DNA from: Octopus vulgaris
Lineage: Eukaryota
DNA length: 64,000 bases
NCBI GenBank assembly: GCA_951406725.2
Contig: OX597820.1
Location: forward strand, 122,264,001 to 122,328,000
Reading direction: 5' to 3'
Positions 12,340-26,285 of the stretch are shown here, piece by piece. The translations under genes and the position numbers were made by a program. Positions within the stretch are counted from its first letter, which is position 1, and the number at the start of each line of letters is the position of its first letter. The notes beneath the pieces were generated by a model. It saw only the letters and a program-made list of their open reading frames with translations. It was not told the DNA's origin and ran no database searches.

Positions 12340-13445
12340 TATTCAACATTTGATAGTTTCAGGCAAATTTTTATGGTCTCATTGTTCTGGTTGCACATTC
12401 TGTATTTGGTGTTAGGGCCTGTTTTCATTGTTTTGCTTTTATAGTTGTTTGTGGTCAGGCAGTCTTGTACAGACCTTCTGTTTCAGCTTTTAGTCCAGAA
12501 CTTGTGAGCCATTGTTGGCTTTTACTGCTTCTCTGTAAAGCCTTTGCAGGGTATTGTCCATAGAGTGATTTTCCTCCCCATTTCTTCCTTAGTATGTTTT
12601 GTAGTTCTGTTTTCATATTTTTTTCTTTTTGTCTCTTTGACCATTTCTGTTATGTTGTCATCTGAGATCAGTGTATCAGAGTAGTTTGTTTCTGTTTTGT
12701 ATTTTGTTACCTCCTTGTGTATAGAGAAAAGCATTTTCTGTTTTCGTGCTGCATTACTCCATGTAGTAGTCTTCCACATTTTGTTTCTAAGTACTTTTCT
12801 AATCCAACTGTTGTTATTTCATAGTAATTCTCTACCTGTGTTTGGCCATGGCTTCCTTCTGAGTGGGGTAGATATATTCTGCCCATATCTGCTTTGAGGT
12901 AGTGTCTTCAGAATGCTGTTAATAGTTTTCTGGTTTTCCTATCCAAGCTTCTCAATTCACTAATCTTCCAGTTTATTACGTTGAAGCTGTAATTTATGAT
13001 TGGTACGGCTAGTGTGTTTATCCCTATTATCTTATTTTCAGCATTAAGTTCAATGTTTAATATTAGTCTAACTCTTCTGCAATACTCTCTCCTGATTTTC
13101 TCTTTCATTTCTATGTGTTTAGTTTTAGCTGTTTCTGCCATTCCAAGATATTTGTATGGATGATTATGGTCTAATTCTCTGGTTTGAGTGCAGTGTCGTC
13201 AGTGTTGCTTAACTTGCCTCTTCTCAATGTCACTTTTGCCCATTTGTCCAGTCCCATGCTCATCCCAATGTCTTTGCTGAAACTGTGGACAATTCTTAGA
13301 AGGTTTCTCTGTTCCGTGGTATTTTTAGTGAACATTTTAAAGTCATCCATGTATGGGAAACGGTTTATTGTTTGTCCGTAGTATCTATAACCCAAGGTAG
13401 TTTCATTTAGCAAGTTTGTTAGTGGAGTCAGAGCAATGCAGAAAA
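12340..13445 (-). mobile_element. R4/Dong-like non-LTR retrotransposon remnant (RT C-half to zinc knuckle)
   Basis: Minus-strand peptides FCIALTPLTNLL, YMDDFKMF, GLDKWAK, EYCRRVRLILNIELNAENKIIGINTLAVP..DRKTRKLLT, KADMGRIYLP, WEEKSLYGQY, WLTSSGLKAETEG and YRMCNQNNETI occur in the order seen in R4/Dong/Rex6 proteins. Confidence 0.85.
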
Positions 13446-13537
13446 AAAAAATTTAGATTTTAAGTAAAGGTTAGGATTATAGGTGGAGCTACATTTAATC
13501 ATCATCATCATCATCATCATCATCAAATATATATATA

Positions 13538-13708
13538 TATATTCTGTTGTGTCTGGGGAGAGTCCTTTTCTTTTTGTACCTTATAATATAACACACTCAC
13601 CAGTAAAATAAGGCACAAAAAGAAAATGACTCTCCCCAGACACAACAGAATATGCTTCAATGCACAAACTCATATAAAGAATCTTTCAAACCAAATCCAA
13701 AAACGAAA
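13538..13708. mobile_element. (TA)n-flanked fold-back element (inverted ~45-bp arms), probable Penelope-like terminus
   Basis: atattctgttgtgtctggggagagtc..ccttat / ataaggcac..gactctccccagacacaacagaatat; an older related copy lies at ~18570-18655. Confidence 0.6.
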
Positions 13709-13741
13709 TATATATGTGTATATATATATATATATTATAAT

Positions 13742-13945
13742 AAGAATTTGCTTCACCACACACCGAACTTTAGAAATATTCCTTTATTTCTAAAGTTCGG
13801 TGTGTGGTGAAGCAAATTCTTTTGCCTAACCCCTATTATAATAAATATTGTTTAAATTTACCGATAATGGTCTTTTACATACCAAATCCCTACTTGGTGG
13901 AATTATTAATTATCAATTAATTAATTAATTTTACCCTTATTATTT
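13742..13945 (+). mobile_element. (TA)n-flanked element starting with a perfect 37-bp-arm palindrome
   Basis: aagaatttgcttcaccacacaccgaactttagaaata-ttcctt-tatttctaaagttcggtgtgtggtgaagcaaattctt, then AATAAA and (TA)n. Confidence 0.6.
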
Positions 13946-15599
13946 TATATACATATATATATGTATGTGCGTGTGTGTGTATATTTTGCCTATTCAGCAA
14001 TCTCTTGCATACTCTGCACATTGGCAAATGTGAAATATTACTTTGTACTTCTGAATGCCTCTGAATTGGGCGTTGACAATTATTGACAAGTAACACATTA
14101 TTCAGTTATATCCAAGTGTGAGGGTATGGCAGGATGTGGAGAATTCAAATGAACCAGTTTAATATTTGTATTTTGCTCCTTTACATCAGAGCATTCAAAT
14201 ACTACCCAGATCTACTTTGCCTTTCATCTTCTCCAGACCAACAACTAATGTAACTGGTTGCTCTGCAGATGGCTATGCCTCACTGTGGTCACAGTCCAGT
14301 GATTGAAAATCATTATAGGAATAGATCCAACTGCATAATTTAATCAAACTCACTTTACACTTTGTACTCACTTTGCTCCTAATCTTTATACTTTTTGGGT
14401 TTTTTATTTTAAAAACAGCAGCCTGAGTAGTGGGAACTAGTAACAGTAGCTTCAGAAATATATATATTTCACTAGTTTACACTGCTGTCTGCAGCTCTAT
14501 CCTCAGCTAAAATCCATTAAGATGAAATCTTCTGTGGTATCACTTCAAACCAATGGAGAATGCGAATCAATATATTCATCTCATTTTATTGATCCATTAG
14601 ATTATAAAATCTAGAATTTGTTTCTTTGGACCCCAGTACTATATGTTAGCCCCCCCCACCACTGTATTGTTTCTTAGCTATCACTGTTTTTTTCCCTCTT
14701 TTCCTCTAACTTAAATGGTTTGTATTAAGAATGACCTCCATTAGTCCTCTCTAACACCTTCCAGTCATTGGCCCTTGAAAAACTTGTCACCTTCATCTCT
14801 CTCTCTCTCTCTCATTCTTTTTGTCTCTCTTCTTGTACCTATCCCCCTCACAAGTGCCTCTCCTTTTCTTCTCTCTACTCCTCATATTTTCCCCCCTATG
14901 TCTCCATCTAGTTTTCCGAAGTCCAAGGGGTTTATTTCTTACTTTCAATTTTGCCTTTTTTCACATGTATCTGAGCATATAAACAAGGGAAAACGTATTC
15001 AATATCATATAGACTTTATTTATGGATCTGATTCTTGTTTTTCTTAATGTGTGGTTTAAGAAATGAGAGAGAGAGAGAATATTCTGCATGTGAGCATCTT
15101 TTCTTTTTTAAACTAGAGGCAACAGTGTTATCATTTAATGATCTGAAGTATACAGTCCTCTCCTCAAATATAAAGATAACTGCAGCTGATAAGGTTTTTT
15201 TTTCCCTTAATTATTTGTGTTTATTTTTTGTTTCTAATTCTAACCTTTTTCTTTGCTATTTTTTTTCCCTCTAAATATAAACAAAATTTACACCAATTTT
15301 TCTGACGAAAGGAATTCTATCAAGGTCTGCTCACAGAATATAAAACAAACATCTTAATTCTCATTAACCCTTTTAATGAATATGTCATCGTGACATGAAT
15401 GTATTCAATAATGTGCAAACAAGGGAACCCAATTATCATTATCATCATAATTATGGTGTTGAACACTTCATCCTCTGACTTACTGAGCAAAATCAAAAAC
15501 ACAAGATAAGTTTCAAGGGAATCAACATTAAGATGATAATGATGATGATGATGTAGTTGGTTCCTTATACTAAATGTGTGTGTATGTGTTTGTATACAC

Positions 15600-16170
15600 A
15601 GGGACTATGGCGATTTGTTGTTCTTGAGAAGATGCATCAAGCTAAGTAAAATTGCTATCATTCATACATACTGGTTGGTCCCTTACAGGTGCCAGTGCCA
15701 CATAAAAGGCACTTATGCCAGTACTGTATAGATGCACCTGTGCAGGTAGCACATAAAGAGCACCCATCAGACCTTGTAAAGTGGTTGGTGTCAGGAAGGG
15801 CATCCAGTCATAGAAAGGATGTCACAACAGACAGTTGGAGTCTGGACAACAACTCCCTGGCTGACCAGCTTCTGTCATCAAACCATCCAAGCTATGCCAG
15901 CATGGGAAATGGATGTTAAACAATAATGGTGATGTATATATACAAATGTGTGTGTGTGGACTTATATATATATTTATATATTATCATCATCATCATCATC
16001 CTTTAACGTCTGTTTTTCCTGCTGGCATGTGTTGGATAGTTTGACTAGAGTTGGCAGGCAGCATCAGGATCCAGTTTGATTTGGTCTGGTTTTGATGGCT
16101 GGAAGCCCTTCTTCATGCTAATTGCTTTACAGTGTGTGCTGGGTACTTTGAATGTGACACCAGCAGGAGT
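15600..16170. mobile_element. Two diverged RTE 3'UTR copies, tail to tail (+ ~15600-15935, - ~15983-16170)
   Basis: caggaagggcatccag...catgggaaatggatgttaaa on +, and catcatcatcctttaacgtc...gctggaagcccttc on -. Confidence 0.7.
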
Positions 16171-16927
16171 GACACCAGCAAAGGGCTCTTGCACGTCAAC
16201 CCTCTTTATTAGGGGCAATATATGTAGATATATATATTACTGTAAGTCATTCATGCCACACTGAAAACATGAGAGAATGAAGACTTGAGTCGGGTTGGGT
16301 CAGGATTTCAGAATTTAATTAGTTAGTAGGCATATTTGAATAGCAAAACACTCTGATCATTCTTATCAGTTTCCAATACCCAATTAAGGGAATGACATGT
16401 ATAAAATTTTATCTAATCATTCAATGAAGAATTCATTGTATTTAGGCATGGAAGAATTTGAGAGCAGCAATATATCAAAATATTTATAAGTTAGTACTCA
16501 ACTCCTTTTTAATAACATAAATATATTTATATCAACATAGTCTGGATCGTATGATAATTGGCCCCAAATGCAACACTGGCGATTGGAATATGAATATTTG
16601 ATCAATTAGCTCCTGTTCTATAGAATCAGCAAGCTAACCCACTTTGATAATATTTTTCAATGTTTTAATATACAACACTACATCAATGGATGCATTCATT
16701 ACATAGCTGGATTGAACGAAAAAAATAATAAACAATATGGCCTAAGAGAAGAATTTAGATTGCTTAAAATTCAATTTCAGCTTCAAAATATAATTGTATG
16801 TTGGAAAACTATGAACACTCATGCCTAATTACATTGAAATATATATATGTATGTATATACATACATATATACATACATATATATATATACATATACATAT
16901 ATGTGTATGTGTGTATGTATATATGTA

Positions 16928-16972
<45 letters not shown>

Positions 16973-17007
16973 ATGTATGTATGTATGTGTGTGTGTTTAT
17001 GTATGTA

Positions 17008-17056
<49 letters not shown>

Positions 17057-17654
17057 TTATGTATGTATGTGAGAGAGAGAAGATCCAACTAGTGAAACAG
17101 GCTGGTAAGCTTGATTAAAGTTAAATGAAGACCTATTTAATCATCCATACTAAGAGAAAATAAAGAAATAAAACTAACAATGACAAGAAGACTGATGACA
17201 ACAACAGTTGTATGGCTGCGGAGGACAATAAAATTGATGTTAATGGTGTTGGTGACAGGGTAACTAGTGATAGTGATTAGGTTGACCATAATGATACTGA
17301 TGATGGTGGTGGTGGTGGTGGTGGTTTTGGTGATGGCTGCTGCTATGATGATGTTGAGAATTCTAACTTTCAAACTGATGATGATGATGATGGTAGCATC
17401 AAAACCGGTGAAGATAATAAGTCCTCATCTAAATCTGATAAAAATTTATCTAAGTCACAGATTTTCAAGTCTGAATTTCATTAGGATGAAGGCTAACGAC
17501 CTGTCTCTTTTATCTTCATATCTGTGTGTGATTAGGTGAGTCTCAAATAATAGGAAAAAAAAATCAACATAGACGAGAGAGAAGCAAACCGCCAAAACCC
17601 CTAAAAACCTTTGTACTGAATCAAAGGAGATCAATGGATATATAGTGTGTCCAT

Positions 17655-18050
17655 GCTTCATTTATTCATTGTTCGACCGTGGTCGAGACGATGGAATTTA
17701 CTATGTTACACCAGACTTCACGGTCCATCATGGCATTACGGAGGTCCTGTTGCTGGATGCCTGTATCCCTGGAGATTACATCAGGGTAGGAGAGTGTGCG
17801 CCCTCTGGTATCGCGAGCAGATAGCTTCCAGAGGAGAAGAGTAGAAATTACCTTTTTTCAGCTCTACAACAATGTCCAGCAAACTGGACTCTCCTACCTT
17901 TCACAAGAGATGACACAGGTGATATTTTTCCATATATTTGTACTTTGGTTGGATGATGCTTCCACGAGAGATTTTGAGCTCTCATAAGGAGGCGAGTGTA
18001 GGTTCCATCCAACCGCCTCTCAAGCTTCTTTGATAACGTCCATGCTAGTA
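17655..18050 (-). mobile_element. RTE-clade LINE 3' fragment (second family)
   Basis: WTLSKKLERRLDGTYTRLLMRAQNLSWKHHPTK..RRVQFAGHCCR and LSYPDVISRDTG..AMMDREVW, followed by a short (AATG)-type tail. Confidence 0.85.
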
Positions 18051-20742
18051 TTTGTGGTATGAGTTGATTGGACCCTGTTAAGACCGGTGTCGACATGGAC
18101 TTCACATGATACAACACAGGCCAGTCTTGTTTATGTTATAACAGCCATTCAGGTGTTGCAGCAAATTTCAATTTTGGTTTCATATGCTTGTTTGCATGTG
18201 TGCAAGCTGTGCAGTGACTTTGCATGTAACTGTCATATCCATATGCATTTCATATATTTCTTAAGTGAACTTACTGCATATACATATGTCATTCACATTA
18301 CATTGTCATCATCATCATCTTCAGAAACAACTTCTCAGTTTCACTGGACGTTTTCCATGTCAGTTCAACGATCAGCATAATTTAGGATTCAAAGTAGACC
18401 TTGAAGAGTCTGTGATTGGCAATGAAAGAACTTTGACAAACACCTGACTGATTGTTTAACTAGCATATTAAACAAATGGTCAGTTAGTTAGGTGCTTAGA
18501 TGTTTAACCGACTGACTACAAATAAAGAAGTGATACTGAACCAATGCATGTGCTGTTAATATTAGTGTAATGACCCTCCCAAGACATTTCAAGATTTGTT
18601 TCAACACACAAATTCACATCAAGAATCTTGCAAACCAAATACAAAAATGAATTATAATTTAAGAAGTTTATAATTTTATTTATTGCTTATTTTTAAATAG
18701 TTCTTTTTTGTCTCTCAATCTCATGTCATGGTTGCCCTGTTTAATATTGTGATTTGTGCTGAATTGACATGAGATTTTAAATAACTAAGAAAGAGTTGAT
18801 CATGAGACCTGTGCCTCCAGCAAGTTTTTGATCATCATCATCATCATCATCTTACTTGTTTGTAATAAAAGGATAGATGATGACCAGTGTAGCAGAGTGT
18901 TGATGATAGCAAACTTGGTAAATTTTGGTTTCAAATCCTATTGAGTTTGGTTTTGCTTTTCATCCCTGATAGATTAATAAATGAACAACAGTAATAAAGG
19001 GGTATTGATTTAATCAACCACACCTCTGTAGACCCCCTAGACAGATTCAAGGCCTTGTGTCAATGAAAAAATGAATTTACTCAGTGTTGTTATTATTCCT
19101 ATGCTTGTTAATTAAAAAGCCACCTTAGTCATTTACTCTGGTGATAAATACATTCAGCTTACTACCCTTAAATGCTTGACACTTGAAACGGCATCCAGAT
19201 TTAAAATGGAAAAAGTATCAAATTAATTTCTTTGAGGATAATATTATGGCACACTAAAAAGTGTCCAAGTGATTGATACTGATGGCGGGGTGGGGTGGGG
19301 TGGGGGGAATAATATTTGAAATGATGATGAGGATGGGGATAAGTTAGTATTGTTTAGTCCCAGGTTATCTCACATCAACCAAAACTCTGATCAAAGCAAA
19401 TCCGTGACCATCCCGTCTTTTCTAAATATAGAATTCTAGAACTGCATTACTATGCATATCTTCTCCTTTTTGAAGAGGTTAGGTTGTTATATGAGGAGAT
19501 ATGGCTTCTATTTCTAGCAAGTCAAGCTACTACATGGTGGTTTCTTTATTGGTCGGATGATTAATGCAGTATATAAAAAAATTGACAGAAAAAATGCCTT
19601 AATTGAAAATTCAAATTTGTGTTTGATCCTTCTAGCAATGGTCAATGTTAAGGAGGTAGAGAGGAATCATCAAAAAATACCAGTTATATTACTGGGGCCC
19701 ATTTGGTTTTGTCTTGTGTTATCTGTGCAATTGGTCTGGTGCCAAAGTAAGAAATAATAATAATTATTATTGTTATTCTTCCTATTGTTAGCATCATCGT
19801 TGTTGTCGTCATCATCGTCGTCTTCATCGGCATCACCATCATCACCATCTCCATCATCATTGTCTCTTATTTCTATTAGTTATTGCAACTGAATTCTTTT
19901 ATGGCTGAATCTCCGTATCAACTTTCTTCCATAAATTGTTCAACGTGGAATTTATTGATTTCGTTCTATCGATCCGACAATCGATTAGAAATAACAGCTA
20001 CACATTTTTAGCTCTTGTTTTGCAGTTCTTCATTTCTTTTTCATATTTCTTTCTTTCCCCTACACATTCCACACCACACACACACATTATTATTATTATT
20101 ATCATTATTATTATTATTATTATCTCTTATTTTTCTTGTTATTGTTGTAATTATTATTCCTGCTTTATTTCTCCTTCTCATGTATATGTCTTCTGTTCAC
20201 TTTTGTTTTTAATTTCATTTATTTCATCTTATATTCTGTTGTTTTTTTTTCTATCTTATTTGATTTTGTTTAATTAATTCTTATGCTTTTCTGTATAATT
20301 TCTCTTTTTTCTTCACACTCTTAACTTTTCTCATCTCTCTCTCTCTCACACACACACATACACACACGTATGCACGCACACACAATTTCTTTCTCTCTCT
20401 CTCTTTCTCTCTCTCTCCTCCTCCTCCTCTCTTCAACTCCCACCCTGATACACTCTCTTAACTAACATCACCACCGCTACCATCATTGCCACCACTACTA
20501 TAATGACGACCACCACCACCACCACCACAACCACCGCCATCATCATCATCATCACCATCATTACCAATATTACGACTATCTATGTCATCTTCCATTTTTA
20601 CACCTCCACATCTCTTGTTCTGTTCTTCTTCTGTAGAATTTCTGGAAAATGACTTTTCCCTAACAAGTCCTGCAGCTTTCATTGATTCTGATCAACAACA
20701 GGAACAACAAAAACAACAACAGCATTAGCTATTATATTGAGA

Positions 20743-20775
<33 letters not shown>

Positions 20776-22189
20776 CTCAATATAATATTTTCTCCCCCCA
20801 CCCCTACCTCTCTCTTGCTTTTCTGTTTATTTTTTTACATTATTTATTTTTTTTTTTCCATTGAAAAAACATTTCAATGCTTTCACAAAAGTCTTTAGTA
20901 TTGATTTTTCAAATTTAATTATGAAACTTGCATGAACACAACCTCACATACAGATCATGTGAACGCAGACATACACGCACTCGTGCACATACACGCATGC
21001 AGATAGCCTACACTCACACAATCACCACATGCAAACACACATCCATTGAGAGGATATTATTTTGAACATCACTGAAGAATTCATTCATTTACACACACAC
21101 ACACACACACACACTCGCAAAAAGGAACACATTATTTTTCTTATAACTACCATTCAAATACATACATACACACCTAAATGTGTGTACGAGTTACTAACCA
21201 GCCATGAACAACAACATTAGCAGTTAGGCACAAACACACGTAATGTGTATATAATGAATATTTTCAGATGTATGTATGCACATGTTCATGTGAAGATATG
21301 TATGCATTTGCACACACACACACACATCCACACACATATACACACACAGTTGTAAACATATAAATCCATATGCTTTCATTCATATTTTGTTTACTGCACC
21401 AACATACTCTCAATAAATAACTGTATAGGTGGACATACAACATCTATATAGTGGCCTCCATATTGATTTATTATACGCCTTTCTATCCATCTCACAAATA
21501 CACACCTATGTGTACAACTGAACACCCATTTAGCTACATACTCATACTTTCCATACAGGTTATTAAAAGGTTATCGAAAAAATATTACATTCATGCTATT
21601 AACTTGACCTACATAAAGAGATGCTTTTATAGATATGTGTTTTTGTCAGTTGTCCGTCCTAGAGCTGCTATCTACATTGAAGGTGGGGCCCATGTAAAAG
21701 ATGGTAAGAATAGTAATTAGGATGGCAGGTATTGTTGCTGCTTTGCAGGCAATGGAAGTATTTCTGATGACCTGTGTAGGTCTATGTAAAGCTGTATATA
21801 TAAAAAAAGAATTAAAAGTACTATGCAACTTCATAAAAATCATCATCATCATCATCATTATTATTATTATTATTATTACAAGCAAATCTACTTATCTATG
21901 ATGGAGGCATGAAATGAGGGAGGCAAGTCATAGCAGTATGTATGTATTGAGAAATGTGTAAAATGGACTTGATAGATTACTGGGTGATGTCTGAGAGAAA
22001 TCACATTATTCTTGGTGATACAACATTCTATTGCAACTAGTCGTGTTTGCGATTGACATGTGATGAGGATTCACTCCCGAACTGAAATAGGCTCCCAGTT
22101 TCTGTATCATGAATGGTTATGAGGACCATTCTTAAAGAAAGCCAGAACTTCTTTTGACCACTACATAAAGAGTATTAAGAAGAACATGT

Positions 22190-22920
22190 TATTTAGATAT
22201 ACTTTTTAGTTGTTTACATTATTTTAGCTTGTTTATACTCTTATACATTCAAAGTTCACAAATTTCCTAATTTAAATTATGAATCATATTCCTTACCACA
22301 ATAGCAATATGATTACGAAACTTCTTTGTAGATGATATTTTCTGTTAGGTCGACACCAATTTCCAAATTACTGGAGTCTGCTGCTCTGCTCATAATGATG
22401 TATAACTGGCCGTGTGTAAACATCAGAGGGCATAAAAATACACTTACACAATCTAAAGTCTGGTCCTGTGCCTTGTTTGCTGTGAATACATAAGCAGAAT
22501 CTTTAAGGTTGCAAAAAATCAAACTAAGTCTTACTTCTCACTGTTCTATGCAAATAATGTCTGAATGTTCTGGTACCATGGGTTATTTTGATTGACAAAA
22601 CTGAGATGTAAACAACAGCTGCTTCGATTAGCCATTTCAAATCCTACTTGAGACTGACACTCTTCAATAACCACTAAATAATCACACACACTATATACTG
22701 ACACTCACTTTTCCCATTTTATTTTCACTATTAACCGGCCTTGTGACCCCCTTCATATCTGTGATGGGGCCACGAACTATACGATGAAAATCCAGAGTTA
22801 CTCATAGTCAGTGAATTTTTAATAAAAATGCGTAAGTGGTTTATCAGTTCCAAAATCGATATCCACGAAATGATCGTATTTTCTGATTTTTGTTTTAATG
22901 CTAAAGCCTTCCTGACAACT
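22190..22920 (-). mobile_element. Helitron remnant with Pif1-type helicase C-terminal fragment
   Basis: ORF 22313-22522 (AYVFTANKAQDQTLDCVSVFL..MFTHGQLYIIMSRA..TENIIYKEV) matches Helitron helicase AMTINKSQGQTL..VFSHGQLYVALSR..TKNIVYKEVL. Element boundaries are approximate. Confidence 0.8.
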
Positions 22921-23004
22921 GTCTTTGTTATCCCAGCCGCCTGGTCGTGAACAGGGAACAGACAAAGAGACGGTGAGATACATGGACGTAATGCCCATTA
23001 TGGA

Positions 23005-23296
23005 AAGGTGGCTGTGTGGTAAGTAGCTTGCTTACCAACCACATGGTTCCGGGTTCATTCCCACTGCGTGACACCTTGGGCAAGTGTCTTCTACTATAGC
23101 CTTGGGCCGACCAAAGCCTTGCGAGTGGATTTGGTAGACGGAGACTGGAAGAAGCCCGTCGTATATGTGTATATATGTGTATGTGTGTCTGTGTTTGTCC
23201 CCCCACCATTGCTTGACAACCGATGGTGGTGTGTTTACGTCCCCGTAACTTAGCGGTTCAGCAAAAGAGACCGATTGAATAAGTACTAGGCTTACA
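23005..23296 (+). mobile_element. SINE family 1, 3'-truncated
   Basis: Matches the head and body of 10280-10575. Confidence 0.9.
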
Positions 23297-23363
23297 TACA
23301 TACATTAAGACATACATATTTACACTCACAAATACACACAAACACATAACACACACATATATA

Positions 23364-23581
23364 TTTCTTTACTAAACACAGAGGGGACAAATAAGGACAG
23401 ACAAACGGATTAAGTCAATTTCATTGACCCCAGTGCGTGACTGGTACTTAATTTATCGACCCCGAAAGGATGAAAGGCAAAGTCAACCTCGGTGGAATTT
23501 GAACTCAGAACATAGCGGCACGCGAAATATGGCTACGCATTTCGCCCGGCGTGCTAACGTTTCTGCCAGCTCACCGCCTTT
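23364..23581 (-). mobile_element. SINE family 3 variant with a different 3' tail
   Basis: Reverse complement reads aaggcggtgagctggcagaaacgttagcacgccgggcgaaatg...ctgagttcaaattcc...gcctttcatcctttcggggtcgataaattaagtaccag, then a tail unlike 40352-40577. Confidence 0.85.
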
Positions 23582-24276
23582 AACACATATAAACACATAT
23601 AACACACACACACACATTCAGACACACACATACATACATATGTATATGTCTATATGCAATTCCATAGGTGTACGTAATTGTATACGTTTGTCTATTTATA
23701 TAATATACATATAGGTATTATTAAGATATAAAATATGTAATGTAAACTGAATGAACTGAAAAGTAAATTAAGCCATATGCTTTACAATAAAATAAGTATA
23801 TTTTTTTCTCATGTAAGACATAATTGTCTCTCTATGATAAATGTTATATAGTGCTATGCATGTGTATTCATTTCACCAGCAGAACTGCAAGTGATACACT
23901 TGTTGGAAATAAACTCATTTATATACATTAGTAACTGACACAGAACCAAAAAATAAAACAAAACAAAAAAAAGTTATTAATCCAAAGATCTAATGCAAGT
24001 TTCAAGCAAAAATTCCCTTGGAGTAAGTTTCTCTACATCAAAGTAGCTACAGCAATTTTGGGCATATTTATTTCAAAACATCTCTCCCTCTGTCTCTCTC
24101 TGTTACAGTCTTGATGATGATGTGAATACGTGTGTGTCTTATTAAATGTTATTTATTATCATTAAATAACATTATTTAATGAATTTGTCTCAAAAGAACA
24201 ATTATTTCCAGTGTATTCTATTTTAATAAGCATACTTTGATTTACTTTTCCAATTTCATTTAATTAACATATATTA

Positions 24277-24664
24277 CTAGCAGTATCGCCCGGCGTTGCT
24301 CGGGTTTGTAAGGGAAATAACTATATGAGCATTTTTAGAGATGTAAAGTATAATAGCCATCTCAATATGGCTAACCACAAAGTGTGTGGGGGTGTTACTG
24401 TAGCTTTTTACGTTCTGAGATTTAGTAATAAATTTTTAGAGCGTTACTTCCCTTATATATGCCAAAAATGCATTAAAAATGGAAAAAATTGATGGTAAAT
24501 ATTTTAAAAATCGTAGACGCGCGCTAATACCCAGAAGGGCTCGATATGAATCACGACTATAAGATACCCGGTTTTGGTTAAACTGCACCGCAAAATGTGG
24601 GAGTAGTTAGGAATCTAAATCGTAGGAGACAGACAGCACACAACCTCTCTTTTATATATAAAGA
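24277..24664 (-). mobile_element. Non-autonomous Helitron
   Basis: Minus strand: a|TCtttatatataaaa ... cccgagcaacgccggg hairpin ... CTAG|t, inserted between A and T. Confidence 0.88.
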
Positions 24665-24969
24665 TTACACTTGCCTTATCTAAGTCTGTTGAGCTCTTTC
24701 ATACACTTTGCATGAAAATAAATACATCCTTGATGTGGGTGAGAAATATCCATTTACAGGTTTGCACATATACTCAACAAATCGAAGAAAATGTAGGTTT
24801 TCAAATATGTAAACTAAACATTTGTAGATACATAAAACCAATCACAACGTTAGATGCTATTTGCCCCTCTGAGGGGTCAGTCATTTGAATTCTTTGTATA
24901 GAATTAGTTGCTGTTGCTAGCTGAATCATCCTAACTGTTCCATGTGGATATTCTTTTCTTTCTTTTTTT

Positions 24970-25370
24970 CTCTTCTTTTACTTGTTTCAGTCATTTGACT
25001 GCAGCCATGCTGGAGCACCGCCTTTAGTCGAGCAAATCGACCCCGGGACTTATACTTTGTAAGCCCAGTACTTATTCTATCGGTCTCTTTTTGCCGAACC
25101 ACTAAGTGACGGGGACGTAAACACACCAGCATCGGTTGTCAAACAATGCTAGGGGGACAAACACAGACACACAAACGTACACACACATACATATATATAT
25201 ACATATATACGACAGGCTTCTTTCAGTTTCCATCTACCAAATCCACTCACAAGGCATTGGTCGGCCTGAGGCTATAGTAGAAGATACTTGCCCAAGATGC
25301 CACGCAGTGGGACTGAACCCGGAACCATGTGGTTGGTTAGCAAGCTACTTACCACACAGCCACTCCTGCG
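24970..25370 (-). mobile_element. SINE family 1, full length
   Basis: Reverse complement of 10280-10666. Confidence 0.93.
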
Positions 25371-25516
25371 ATAGGTACCATTAATGGAATTAATATGATT
25401 CTTGTATATTCAATAAGGAATAAAAAAAAGGAATAGGGTGATATTGTTGAAAAACCTTAATGGAATTTCATTACGCAAGACCAGATTAGCTTACTGTCTT
25501 ATATTGGTCAGTTTTT

Positions 25517-25700
25517 ATCATCATCATCATCATCTTTTAACGTCCGTTTTCTGCGCTAGCACAGGTTGGATGGTTCGACCGAGGTCTGGGAAGCCAGGGA
25601 CTGCACCAGGCTCCAGTCTGATCTGGCAGTGTTTCTACAGCTGGATGCCCTTCCTAATGCCAACCACTCCGCGAGTGTAGTGGGTGCTTTTTACGTGCCA
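25517..25700 (-). mobile_element. Short RTE 3'-end element with (GAT)n tail
   Basis: Same extent as 5753-5935. Confidence 0.87.
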
Positions 25701-26232
25701 GGCTATTACCATAGTTAAGCTATTATTTTTGCAGATAGAAATTTATTTTCTATTAACTTCACAACATGCACCTGTCCCTTATCAGGTAGATCTCATATTT
25801 CTTTATGAGGATTTCAATGATGACTACCACATTAACTTCTGAACAAATGATAAAATTAATTGACTTTTCTAAGGTAGCCATTCATCATAAACAATTTCAC
25901 AATTTATTAACATGTGGACACATGCAAGCACGTGCAAGCACCATACACCCATACATGCACACACGTGTGCACACACGTGTGCACACACACACACGCACAG
26001 CGTTACTAGTGTATGAAGGAAAAAAGAAAAAGGCAGTGAACCATTTTTATTGTCTGCAAATACACTTTTAGATATTTAATTCATTTTAATGCAAACTGCT
26101 ATTTATAATTATTTTTAGGAGTAAAATGTTCAATATAATTAATTAGAAAAGTAAATTAGTAATTGACTGTTGTAACATACAGGAATTTCACAAAATTTTA
26201 AAATAAAGTAGTTAAGAGAATTGGGGGATTAA

Positions 26233-26285
<53 letters not shown>

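Noticed and set aside
21760-21800. CTGATGA with a small hairpin
   Set aside because: No GAAA core downstream.
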